Both the position numbers and the translations under genes were made by a program. From Acidobacteriota bacterium (GTDB lineage Bacteria; Acidobacteriota; UBA890; WLXD01), in NCBI GenBank assembly GCA_963666215.2, contig CAXWPL010000005.1:448001-512000 (forward strand): a stretch of 64,000 nt of DNA, read 5' to 3'. The notes below the pieces were generated by a model that had not been told where the DNA came from, ran no database searches, and was given only the letters and a program-made list of their open reading frames with translations. This document shows positions 31,316-40,170 of the stretch, in pieces. Position 1 is the stretch's first letter, and every line of letters begins with the position of its first letter.

Positions 31316-31819
31316 ATGAAGTGGAGGCAGGCGCGCCGCAGCTCCAATGTCCAGGACCGACGCGGCCAGTCACCGCGCATGAACCGGGCCGTTCCAATAG
31401 GCGGCGGCGCCATTCTGCTGCTCGCTCTCGTAAGCCTGCTGCTGGGCGGCGATCCCGCCCAGGTGATCGAAATGGTGGGTGGCGCCGGTGGTCTGTCGGC
31501 TCCCGCGCCGCAGCCAAGCACAGGCGACGGCACCGCCTCCGACGAAGCCGGGGCGTTCGTCGGAGTCGTGCTCGCCGACACCGAGGACACCTGGGGCGCC
31601 ATTTTCCAGGCCGCGGGACAGCGCTACCCGCAGCCCAAGCTCGTGCTGTTCACGGATGCCGTTCAGTCGGCCTGCGGCATGAACTCGACTGCAACCGGGC
31701 CTTTCTATTGTCCCGGTGACCAGCAGGTCTACATGGACCTGGCTTTCTTCCGCGAGCTGCATCAGATGGGTGCCCCTGGCGACTCCGGAAGCGCCAGGGC
31801 AACAATCTCCGCGGGGTGA
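31316..31819 (+). pseudogene. YpfJ-like neutral zinc metallopeptidase, 3' half missing
   Basis: MKW...RRSSNVQDRRG, VLADTEDTW, PKLVLF...QSACG, GPFYCP.D..VY.DL.FF, then GAPGD. Similarity stops before the HEXXH motif. Confidence 0.85.
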
Positions 31820-33780
31820 TCGCCGCCACCCACCGACATGACGACGAACTGACGGCCGTCGAGCCTGTAGGTCATCGGCAGCCCCGTCTGGCTGGCGGGC
31901 AAGTTGATCTCGGCGAGCACCTCACCCGTCTGCTTGTCGTGAGCCCGAAAGATCGGCGCGCCACCCCACCCCTCGCCGGCGAAAAGCAACGTCTTGGTCG
32001 CCAGAACACCGGCGCGTGTGGGCTTGCCGGTGCGCCCGAGCTCGAAGCCGGCCTGCGCCGCGCGTGCCTCCAGCGCCGCCGGTGCCCACCCGTTGGGCTG
32101 CTGCCACATGAGGTCGCCAGTCTTCAGATCGATCGCGGTAATCCGACCCCAGGGAGGCCTCACGAGAGGCCAGCCCAACACTCGCGGTGCGCCGCCGCCG
32201 CCCTCGGCGACGTAGCGGTGCTCCGAGTTCTCGGGATCGGTGGTCAAAGACAGCACACTCGGGCTCGTGGAAGATCCAACGTAGAGGTAGCCCGTGTCGG
32301 GATCCACCGCGCCGGCCTCCCAGTTGGCGCCGCCGAGCGCGCCGGGCAACGACAGCGTGCCGCGTGTCCCGTCGGCGGCATCGGCCAGCGACGGCGGGGT
32401 GAACAGCGGGCCCAAGCGGTATCGAGCGGCGACCTCCAGAGCGGCCGCACGCAGCTCCGGGGTGAAGTCGATGAGATCACTCTCCGCGAATCCCTGGCGC
32501 TCGAACGGTGGAGGCCGCGACACGAACGGCTGCATGGGGGCGGTGTGCTCGCCCGGAACGTCTGAAGTCGGCACCGGGCGCTGCTCGATCGGCCAAACAG
32601 GCTCGCCGGTCAAACGGTCGAACACGTACGCCCATCCCTGTTTCGTCAACTGAGCCACGAGCTGGCGTTGACGGGTTCCTCTGCGCCCATCTGCCGGCAG
32701 GTCGACCAGAATCGGCGCCGTCGGCGGGTCGTAGTCCCAGATGTCGTGGTGGATCAGCTGGTAGTGCCACACGCGCTTGCCGGTGGCGACGTCGAGACAC
32801 ACGAGGCTGCTCGAGAACAGATTGTCTCCGGGGCGATGGCCGCCGTAGTAGTCGTTGGTCGCCGCCTCGACAGGCAGATACAGCAACCCGTTCTCGACGT
32901 CTGCCGACATCGGCGCCCACACCGCCACGTTGCCGGCGGTTTCGATCGAATCATCGAGCCAGGTCTCGTAGCCGTATTCCCCTGCTTCCGGGATCGTGTG
33001 GAACACCCACCGCAGCTCCCCGGTGCGGGCGTCGAACGCACGCACGTCGCCCTTGGTGTTGCTCAGTGCCGGTGGCCTCATACCGAGCCGCATGGCGGGG
33101 CCGACAATCACCAGGTCGCCCACCACGAGCGGCGGCGATGAAGAGCCGATGGTACCGATGGGCGGAACACCACCTCGGGTGCCGATCATCAGGTCGACGA
33201 CGCCCTCCTCGCCGAACTCGTCCACTGGCACGCCGCTGGCGGCGGCAATCGCAACGAGATGGAAGCCCGGGGTAACCAAGAAAATACGCTCGTCGTCATT
33301 GCCGTCGCTCCAGTAGCTGACGCCGCGGCCCGAGTTCGGGCGCGGCGCCTGGCTCCCGCGCTCACCCTCGTAGAGCCGGTACATCCACAGCGTCTCGCCT
33401 GTGGCCGCGTCGATGGCAACGACGCTCCGTGTGGCGCCGGCGGTGGTGTAGAGCACCCCACCCACCATCAACGGTGTGGTGGAGCTCCTGATCTCCGGCC
33501 ACGGCCCGAAGTTGTTGGCCCTCCACCGCCAGGCGATCTCGAGCCGGCCAACGTTGGACCGATCGATCTGATCGAGTGGCGAGTAGCGGCGTGCCCGAAG
33601 GTCACCGCCATAGGTGGGCCACTCGGTGTCCCGCACTTCTTCGTTGCCGCTTGGAGCTCCGGTCGCCGTCGTGCCGCCGTCCGCCTGCGGCCAAACGGGC
33701 GACACCAGCATCAGAACCGCTGCGACGAGTAGCGGCGAGAGCCACAATCGCACCGGGCGTAGGCGCACGAGCTTCGTCAA
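31762..33780 (-). CDS. PQQ-dependent dehydrogenase (glucose/quinate DH-like, no N-terminal TM anchor)
   Basis: Signal peptide, WPTYGG...RYSPLDQI, HHDIWDYD, PPWG.ITAID, PMTY.LDGRQFV. Confidence 0.9.
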   Translation of the reverse strand: MTKLVRLRPVRLWLSPLLVAAVLMLVSPVWPQADGGTTATGAPSGNEEVRDTEWPTYGGDLRARRYSPLDQIDRSNVGRLEIAWRWRANNFGPWPEIRSSTTPLMVGGVLYTTAGATRSVVAIDAATGETLWMYRLYEGERGSQAPRPNSGRGVSYWSDGNDDERIFLVTPGFHLVAIAAASGVPVDEFGEEGVVDLMIGTRGGVPPIGTIGSSSPPLVVGDLVIVGPAMRLGMRPPALSNTKGDVRAFDARTGELRWVFHTIPEAGEYGYETWLDDSIETAGNVAVWAPMSADVENGLLYLPVEAATNDYYGGHRPGDNLFSSSLVCLDVATGKRVWHYQLIHHDIWDYDPPTAPILVDLPADGRRGTRQRQLVAQLTKQGWAYVFDRLTGEPVWPIEQRPVPTSDVPGEHTAPMQPFVSRPPPFERQGFAESDLIDFTPELRAAALEVAARYRLGPLFTPPSLADAADGTRGTLSLPGALGGANWEAGAVDPDTGYLYVGSSTSPSVLSLTTDPENSEHRYVAEGGGGAPRVLGWPLVRPPWGRITAIDLKTGDLMWQQPNGWAPAALEARAAQAGFELGRTGKPTRAGVLATKTLLFAGEGWGGAPIFRAHDKQTGEVLAEINLPASQTGLPMTYRLDGRQFVVMSVGGGDHPAEIVALALPESPGAPI

Positions 33781-33817
33781 CGAAGGATCCCTGGCTTGGC
33801 GCCGGCGCGAGCGTCCG

Positions 33818-34285
33818 TCAGTGCGATTCCGATTTCGCCGGGTCCTCGATGCGGATCATCTCGAGGCCGTTATCGGGCGTGATCTCACCCTCGCCGGCGG
33901 GAAACCCGCTGAGCGTGAGCAGATAGGCGACGAGGTCGGCATACAACGGCGGGCTGAGCTTCCCGGGGCTGTTCTCCGGCATCGCGGTGCGAATCTGGTC
34001 GAAGAGAGCGTCGAGCGTATCACCGCTCCAGGAACGGATGAAGAAAGGATCGGTGAATTGATCCAGCTGATGGCACTCCTCGCATTCCTTCACGAAGGTG
34101 CGCCGCCCGCGCTCGGCCTGCTCCTCGCTGAAAACGCCATCTCGCACCGACCTCAGCTCGTCGAGCTCCTGAGGGGCGGCGCGCACTTCGAGGCCCGGGA
34201 GCGCCACCAGGGCGATCGCCGCGGCGAGCACGACCACCGCCCCCACGATACCCCCGGGCGAGGGCGCCGGGTCAGGCAACGGCAC
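33818..34285 (-). CDS. Monoheme cytochrome c
   Basis: SV.DGVFS.EQA.RG, CEECH, axial MP motif, signal/TM helix. Confidence 0.88.
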   Translation of the reverse strand: MPLPDPAPSPGGIVGAVVVLAAAIALVALPGLEVRAAPQELDELRSVRDGVFSEEQAERGRRTFVKECEECHQLDQFTDPFFIRSWSGDTLDALFDQIRTAMPENSPGKLSPPLYADLVAYLLTLSGFPAGEGEITPDNGLEMIRIEDPAKSESH

Positions 34286-35447
34286 TCACACCGAGCACCT
34301 CACCGAACGCCGCGGTGGCGCGCCGCATCTGGTCGATTGTGCCAATGGAGATGCGCGCGTAGCTGTTCTCGTACGGTGGAAAGTTACGTCCCACGAGAAT
34401 GCCATGCTCGCCACAGCCGGCTCGAAATGCAGCCGCGGTCATGCCGGTGTTCACGAAGATGAAGTTGGTCTGCGAGTCCGTGGCTTCGTGGCCGTGCGAA
34501 GCGAACCAGTCGAGCGTGTAGCGCTTCGCCTCGGTGTTGCGGTCGCGCTCCTCGGCAAGGCGCTCCTCGTCGCGCAGCGAAGCCGCGGCCGCCGCGAGCG
34601 CCAGAACGTTGACGCTCATGCCGTAGTGCCAGTTGCGCATGCGTCGCAACGTATCCGGCACGCCGATGGCGTAGCCGATACGCATGCCAGCCATGCCATG
34701 CGCTTTGGAGAACGTGCGCGAAACCACCACTCGGGGATTGTTGACCGCCAGCGGGATCTGGCTGGCGTACGACGAATCGGTCACGTAGTCGTGATAGGCC
34801 TCGTCGAGGAAGATCATCACGTCCGGATCGTTGCCGAGCACCGTTTCAACGAAACCGACAACGGCGTCGGCCGAGAGCAGCGCGGCGGTGGGGTTGTTGG
34901 GATTGCACAGAAACACCATGCCGGCACCCTTGGCCGCCTCGGCCATGCCGTCGAGATCGAACTGCATGTTGTCGGTCAAGGGCACACTGACGATCGGGTG
35001 TCCAACCAGGTCGGCGTATCCCGGGCACTCCTCATAGGACGGCGCCCCCATCACCAGGTGCTTGTCGGGCGCTGTGAAGACGTGGGTCGCCGTGCGCAGG
35101 AGCTGCGTCGAGCCGTTGCCGATCATCACGTGATCGGTGGCCACGCCGTTGACCTCCGCCGCGGCCTCGATCAGATCGCGGGCGCCCGCTGCGAACGGGT
35201 AGCGGCCTGCCGGCGCGCCCTCTCCGAGGGCCGCCCGCATGACATCGAGAGTCCGGCTTCCCGGGCCTAACGGGTTCTCGTTGTTGTGCAGCAGCAGCGG
35301 CGGCAGGGCCTCCTCCGACAGAGCAACGTTCTCGGAGCCGGCGCCACAGCCGTGCAGTCCGAGGGTGGCCGCCGCCGCTCCGCCGGCACCCAGGCCACGG
35401 AGTACCGCCCGGCGATTGAGTCCGGTTGTCAGGATCGAGGTCTCCAT
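34272..35447 (-). CDS. HisC-like PLP aminotransferase with Tat (lipo)protein signal
   Basis: NRRAVL...LHGC, NENPLGP, CNPNNPT, DEAY, SRTFSKAHGMAGMRIGY, RISIG. Confidence 0.9.
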   Translation of the reverse strand: METSILTTGLNRRAVLRGLGAGGAAAATLGLHGCGAGSENVALSEEALPPLLLHNNENPLGPGSRTLDVMRAALGEGAPAGRYPFAAGARDLIEAAAEVNGVATDHVMIGNGSTQLLRTATHVFTAPDKHLVMGAPSYEECPGYADLVGHPIVSVPLTDNMQFDLDGMAEAAKGAGMVFLCNPNNPTAALLSADAVVGFVETVLGNDPDVMIFLDEAYHDYVTDSSYASQIPLAVNNPRVVVSRTFSKAHGMAGMRIGYAIGVPDTLRRMRNWHYGMSVNVLALAAAAASLRDEERLAEERDRNTEAKRYTLDWFASHGHEATDSQTNFIFVNTGMTAAAFRAGCGEHGILVGRNFPPYENSYARISIGTIDQMRRATAAFGEVLGVSAVA

Positions 35448-35503
35448 CTCAGTCTCCCTCGCCGCGGGCCGCGGGCGCTTTGTGGTGTCCACCTTGGCTC
35501 CGC

Positions 35504-36727
35504 TCATCCCGCCGCCACCCGAGCATGCTCGACTCCGAGAACGCTCGCAAAAACGTCGGTAGCGCGATTCATCTCCTCGAGAGTGCCAATGGAGATGCGG
35601 GCGTGACTGGCCTCGAAGGGCGGGAAGTCGCGCCCTACCAGGACGTTGTGCTCCGCACAACCGTCACGGAACTCGGCCGCCGAACGTCCAATGTCGACGA
35701 AGATGAAGTTCGTCTGCGAATCGGACACCTGCATACCAGCGCGCTCGAAGAACTCGACGGTGTGTCGTTTTGCCTCGGTGTTGCGCTGGCGCTCGCGCTC
35801 CATGCGCACCTCGTCGCCCACAACCGCCATCGCCGCTGCCACGCCCATACCGTTGGTGTTGAACAGCAGGCTGTAGCGCCGCAGCTCTCTGATCGTGTCG
35901 ACGTGCCCGAACGCGTATCCCACACGCAGCCCGGCCATTCCGAATGCCTTCGAGAAGGTTCGCGAAACCACGACGTTGGGTGTCTCGATGGCGAGCCCGA
36001 TGGCACTTGTATGGTCGGGGTCTGTGACGTACTCGTGATAGGCCTCGTCGATGAGGATCACCGCCTCCGGCGATGCCTCATGCACGCGAGCGACGAAGGC
36101 GCTGATCGCCTCGGCGTTGTGGATCGTGCTCGTCGGATTGTTGGGATTGCAGACGAAGACCAGCCCGGAGCTCGGCGCGGCCGCCGCCATCGCTTCCAAA
36201 TCGAGCCGACCGTCGCTCGATACTCGAGGCGCCTCGACCCGCGCGCCGAGGTAGGCCGCGAAGCGCCGGGGGCTCTCGTAGGTCGGAGTTGCCGACACGA
36301 GATGGCGGGACTCCGACGTGAACGCCTGCACGCAGTTCTTGAGGATCTCGCCGGAGCCGGCGCCCAGCACGACGTTGCCCGGATCGACGTCATTGAGCTC
36401 GGCAATTCGGTCCCGCAGATCACCCATGCTCGGCTCAGCATTAGTCGGATACAGCCCGGCCTGGCCGAGCTGCTCATCGATAGCATCAACCGCTGCGCGT
36501 CCCGGGCCAAGCGGGTTCTCGTTACTGCTGATGCGGATCTCCCCCTCGGCCGCCGGCTGCACGAAGCCGGCCTCGAGCACGTGCGGCCAGGAAACCGCAA
36601 CGGCCTCTTCGCGTCCACGCGCGCCAATCCAAACGCCAGCACCGGCCGGGCGAGCCCGCGTGGTCGCAAGAGCTTCACTTCGTGATCGGGTCGATCCTGT
36701 AAAAAGAGCGCGGCGCGACAGCGACAT
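35504..36727 (-). CDS. HisC-like PLP aminotransferase with Tat-like signal (paralog)
   Basis: MSLSRRALF, SSNENPLGP, CNPNNPT, DEAY, SRTFSKAFGMAGLRVGY. Confidence 0.9.
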   Translation of the reverse strand: MSLSRRALFTGSTRSRSEALATTRARPAGAGVWIGARGREEAVAVSWPHVLEAGFVQPAAEGEIRISSNENPLGPGRAAVDAIDEQLGQAGLYPTNAEPSMGDLRDRIAELNDVDPGNVVLGAGSGEILKNCVQAFTSESRHLVSATPTYESPRRFAAYLGARVEAPRVSSDGRLDLEAMAAAAPSSGLVFVCNPNNPTSTIHNAEAISAFVARVHEASPEAVILIDEAYHEYVTDPDHTSAIGLAIETPNVVVSRTFSKAFGMAGLRVGYAFGHVDTIRELRRYSLLFNTNGMGVAAAMAVVGDEVRMERERQRNTEAKRHTVEFFERAGMQVSDSQTNFIFVDIGRSAAEFRDGCAEHNVLVGRDFPPFEASHARISIGTLEEMNRATDVFASVLGVEHARVAAG

Positions 36728-36963
36728 GCGTAATCCTCCTGGCTCGGGCGCGGCGCTCAGGCGGACAGCGCCTGCCGAGCCGACCATGGGTGTAGCTTGG
36801 TCTGATCAATCTTAGATTCCGCGCCCGGTGGCGGCGGCTCCGAGCTGCCGTGCGACGCTCCGAGCAACGGCTATTGTGGTCGGCTGGACCCGCGAATGTC
36901 AAAGGAACCGGCGGCGCTGCCGGAACGCCGTCGGGCCAAGAATCGGACGAAGGAGTCAACGGC

Positions 36964-37248
36964 ATGGAAACCTTCCTCGCGCTGCTCACCTTTACCGAAA
37001 AGGGAATCCGCAACATCAAGGACTCGCCTCACCGGGCGGATGTCTTCGCTCAAACAGCCGAAGCGGGGGGCGCCCGCGTGGTCCAGCAGTTCTGGACCAT
37101 GGGCCGCTACGACGGCCTGCTCATCATCGAGGCGCCCGACGACGCAACCGCCGGAGCCGTACTGCTCGAGCTTGCCGCGTCGGGCAACGTGCGCACCGAG
37201 ACTCTGCGTGCCTTCGAGTGGGCCGATTTCCAGTCGCTTGTGGACTGA
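36964..37248 (+). CDS. GYD domain protein
   Basis: FTEKGIRNIKDSP.R, WTMGRYD...I.EAPD, GNVRT.TLRAF. Confidence 0.9.
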   Translation: METFLALLTFTEKGIRNIKDSPHRADVFAQTAEAGGARVVQQFWTMGRYDGLLIIEAPDDATAGAVLLELAASGNVRTETLRAFEWADFQSLVD

Positions 37249-37261
37249 CGGCTACCGACGG

Positions 37262-37867
37262 CTAGGGATACACGCGCTGAACCTCGGCGAGGATCTCGAC
37301 CAGCCGCGAGCTCGCGGGTCGCAGCCTGTAGTTGGTCTCAACATACAGATACCGAGCTGCGCCTGAGCGATCGAGAATCAGCACCGCCGGGTGCGGAATC
37401 ATACGGCCGCGAGAATCGGCGTCATTGAGCAGGCCGTAGGCCTTGATCGTCGTAGCGTCGGGGTCGAGCAGTATCGGGATGCCGAGTTCGGCCTCATCGC
37501 GATAGTCGCGTAGCTTTGTCGGATCATCGTTGGCGATCGCCCAGATCTCACCACCGAGCTCGTGAATCTCATCAACGTACTCTTGCAGCTCACCGAGCTG
37601 CTGGCGGCACGAGGGTCACCAAGTGCCTCGGAAGAAGAGCAACAGTAGCGGCTTGTCGCCGCGCGTCACCGACAGCTCGTAGCGCTCGTTGTCGATCGAG
37701 TTGAGCACGAAGTCCGGCGTCGGCTCGCCGATCTCGATGGCTGTCAGGTGGGCCGCGCCAGGCGTCATGTCAGGTGCTGGCCGCCCACCCTGTTCCTGAG
37801 CGGCCAGAGGCGCCTGCCAAGCAAGCGCCAGAGCAACGGCGGCAGTGAAGATGCTCTGAGTGGACAT
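37262..37867 (-). CDS. AhpC/TSA (peroxiredoxin-like) selenoprotein, 201 aa, Sec at TGA 37616-37618
   Basis: PDFVL...LLLLFFRGTW-TGA-PSCRQQLGELQ. The frame stays open with thioredoxin-fold sequence (LLDPD..TIKAYG, P.PAVLILDR.G) to TAG 37262-37264. Confidence 0.85.
37585..37601 (-). promoter_or_regulatory. Candidate bacterial SECIS hairpin
   Basis: GCAGCUC-GGU-GAGCUGC perfect 7-bp stem. The G-containing loop starts 21 nt after the UGA. Confidence 0.7.
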
Positions 37868-37991
37868 TGGCCAATTCCTCGATTCGTGGCGTTCACGGGC
37901 GCGATGAGTCAGGCGATCGGCGGTTCACGATGGTCGCAGAAGCACCGCCCGAGTTCAACCCGGTGCCGTCTGCAGCGTCAGCTGGTACCGT

Positions 37992-38546
37992 ATGCGGATG
38001 ATCCAGCGCCAGAGTCGAGCCCACACATGGGTGGTGCTTGCGAGCGTCGCCGCCGTGGCCGCGATTGCCTTCGTTGGCGCTGTTGACACCACGCTCGCCG
38101 CCGCCACCAACGAGATCGACGCTGAGCTCGAAGCGTCGTACAACCGGCTCATGGGCGACCTCATGAGCCCGTACTGCCCTGGGCGAACGATCAAGAACTG
38201 TCCCTCGTATCAGGCCACACTGCTGAGAGAGCGCATTCGGGAGTCGTTGGAGTCGGGGCAAACCGAAGAGGCGGTGCTCGCCGCGCTGCTCGACGAGTTT
38301 GGCGACGGCATGCTCGGTCGCCCACGCTTTTCCGGATTCGGTCTCGTCGCCTGGCTGACGCCGCTGGTGGTGCTCGTGGGCGGTGGCTGGGGAGTCACTG
38401 CATTCCTGCGCCGCCAATCCTCCAGGGCAGCGGCGGCGCCTGAGACCGAGTTCACCCCGCCGGACGAAGAAGGCCAACGGCTGGAAGCGATTCTCGAAAC
38501 CGAGTTGGCTGCTCTGGATCCGAAGCTTGGCATCCTCAACCCATAG
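37992..38546 (+). CDS. CcmH/NrfF-like cytochrome c biogenesis protein
   Basis: LMSPYCPGRTIKNCPS..A..LRE.I...L..G...E.V.......FG...L..P, followed by a TM helix with WLTP. Confidence 0.8.
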   Translation: MRMIQRQSRAHTWVVLASVAAVAAIAFVGAVDTTLAAATNEIDAELEASYNRLMGDLMSPYCPGRTIKNCPSYQATLLRERIRESLESGQTEEAVLAALLDEFGDGMLGRPRFSGFGLVAWLTPLVVLVGGGWGVTAFLRRQSSRAAAAPETEFTPPDEEGQRLEAILETELAALDPKLGILNP

Positions 38547-38835
38547 CGGGCTGTAACCGTAGCCCTGGCTCACAACCCATACTCCCCAGCCCGCAAGCCC
38601 GTAGCCCGTAGCCCGATTCTCGGCCGTCTCAACGACCCCAGCGCGGTTCGGTTCGATCCGCCGAGTGCTCGCGGATCTGTCCGTGCGGCGGCAAAAATAG
38701 AGCCGACGAGGGCTATACCCTTACGGTTGACCTTTGGGCAGCTCCGCCGAGCCCATAGGCGCGGCCGACATTGATATTCCAAAGCCTCGGCGACACCCGT
38801 ACCGCCCCAAACCGCGCGCCAGCGTAGAGATCCAG

Positions 38836-40086
38836 ATGACCACACCGCACCGCGTCGTCATTACCGGGCTGGGCGCCATCACGCCGCTCGGCCACAGCCC
38901 GTCTTCCTTCTGGGAGGGGCTCATCGCCGGGCGCAGCGCCGCCGCACCAACCACCAACTTCGACGTTTCCCAGCTGTCGACGAAGTTCGGCTGCCAGATC
39001 AACGATTTCGACGCTAAGCAGTACATGGACGCCAAACAGGCGCGTCGACTCGACCCTTTCACGCGCTTCGCGCTCGCCGCTGCCAAGGACGCGTTTGACG
39101 ACGCCGGAATCGATACCGCCACGCTCACCGAGGAGCAGCGCCAGCGCTTCGGCGTGATCTACGGCTCCGGGATCGGCGGCTTAGAGCTCATCGAAAGACA
39201 GGCCAAGATCTTCCACGACCGTGGCCCGGGCCGGGTTTCTCCGTTCCTGATCCCGATGATGATCACCAACATCGCGGCGGGGCTGATCGCGGTCGAGCAC
39301 GGGCTCAACGGACCCAACCACTGTGTGGTTTCGGCTTGCGCCACCAGCAACCACAACATCGGCGATGCCCTGCTGCTGCTGCGACATGGTTATGCCGACG
39401 CCATCCTCGCGGGTGGCGCCGAGAAGATCACCGCAATGGGCGTGGCCGGCTTCGCGGCCATGAAAGCTCTTTCGCAGCGCAACGACGATCCCGCCACCGC
39501 AAGCCGTCCGTTCGACGCCACGCGCGACGGCTTCGTGCCGGGTGAAGGTGCCGGAGCTCTCACGCTCGAGACGTTGGAGCACGCGCAGGCGCGCGGCGCT
39601 AAGATCTACTGCGAGCTCGCCGGCATCGGCATGTCGGCCGACGCCTACCATTTCGCGGCTCCCGACCCGAACGGCACGGGCGCCATTCTAGCGATGCGCA
39701 ACGCCCTGCAGGACGCCGGTATCAACGCCGACGAGGTCGACTACACCAACGTGCACGGCACGGCGACGCCGCTCGGCGACATCGCCGAGACCAACGCCAT
39801 TAAGAAGGTCTTCGGCGATCACGCCTACAAGATGAGCCTGTCGTCGACCAAGAGCATGATCGGCCACCTGTTGGGGGCCGCAGGCGCCGCCGAGGCGATC
39901 GCCTCGATCATGGCGATCAACCACGGCCTGGTACCACCGACGATCAACCTGCACGAGCCCGACCCGGAGTGCGACCTCGACTACACGCCGAACGTCGCCA
40001 AGGAACGCGACGTGAGGGTCGCAATCTCCAACGCCTTCGGGTTTGGCGGCCACAACACGACGATCGTCCTGCGACGCTTCACCTAG
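38836..40086 (+). CDS. fabF: Beta-ketoacyl-ACP synthase II
   Basis: RVVITGLG, SACAT, SRPFD..RDGFV, HGTATPLGD, KSMIGHLLGAAG, SNAFGFGGHN. Confidence 0.96.
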   Translation: MTTPHRVVITGLGAITPLGHSPSSFWEGLIAGRSAAAPTTNFDVSQLSTKFGCQINDFDAKQYMDAKQARRLDPFTRFALAAAKDAFDDAGIDTATLTEEQRQRFGVIYGSGIGGLELIERQAKIFHDRGPGRVSPFLIPMMITNIAAGLIAVEHGLNGPNHCVVSACATSNHNIGDALLLLRHGYADAILAGGAEKITAMGVAGFAAMKALSQRNDDPATASRPFDATRDGFVPGEGAGALTLETLEHAQARGAKIYCELAGIGMSADAYHFAAPDPNGTGAILAMRNALQDAGINADEVDYTNVHGTATPLGDIAETNAIKKVFGDHAYKMSLSSTKSMIGHLLGAAGAAEAIASIMAINHGLVPPTINLHEPDPECDLDYTPNVAKERDVRVAISNAFGFGGHNTTIVLRRFT

Positions 40087-40170
40087 AGCGGTCCGCGAAT
40101 TCTTCGGTCGCGGCACACACGGGGCAGTTTCCAGCTCTCTGGGTCGTCGCGCACTTCGGACTCGTTCCAA

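Noticed and set aside
34272-36727. Calling the two aminotransferases hisC
   Set aside because: Export signals, tandem paralogy and the absence of other his genes argue against a histidine biosynthesis role.
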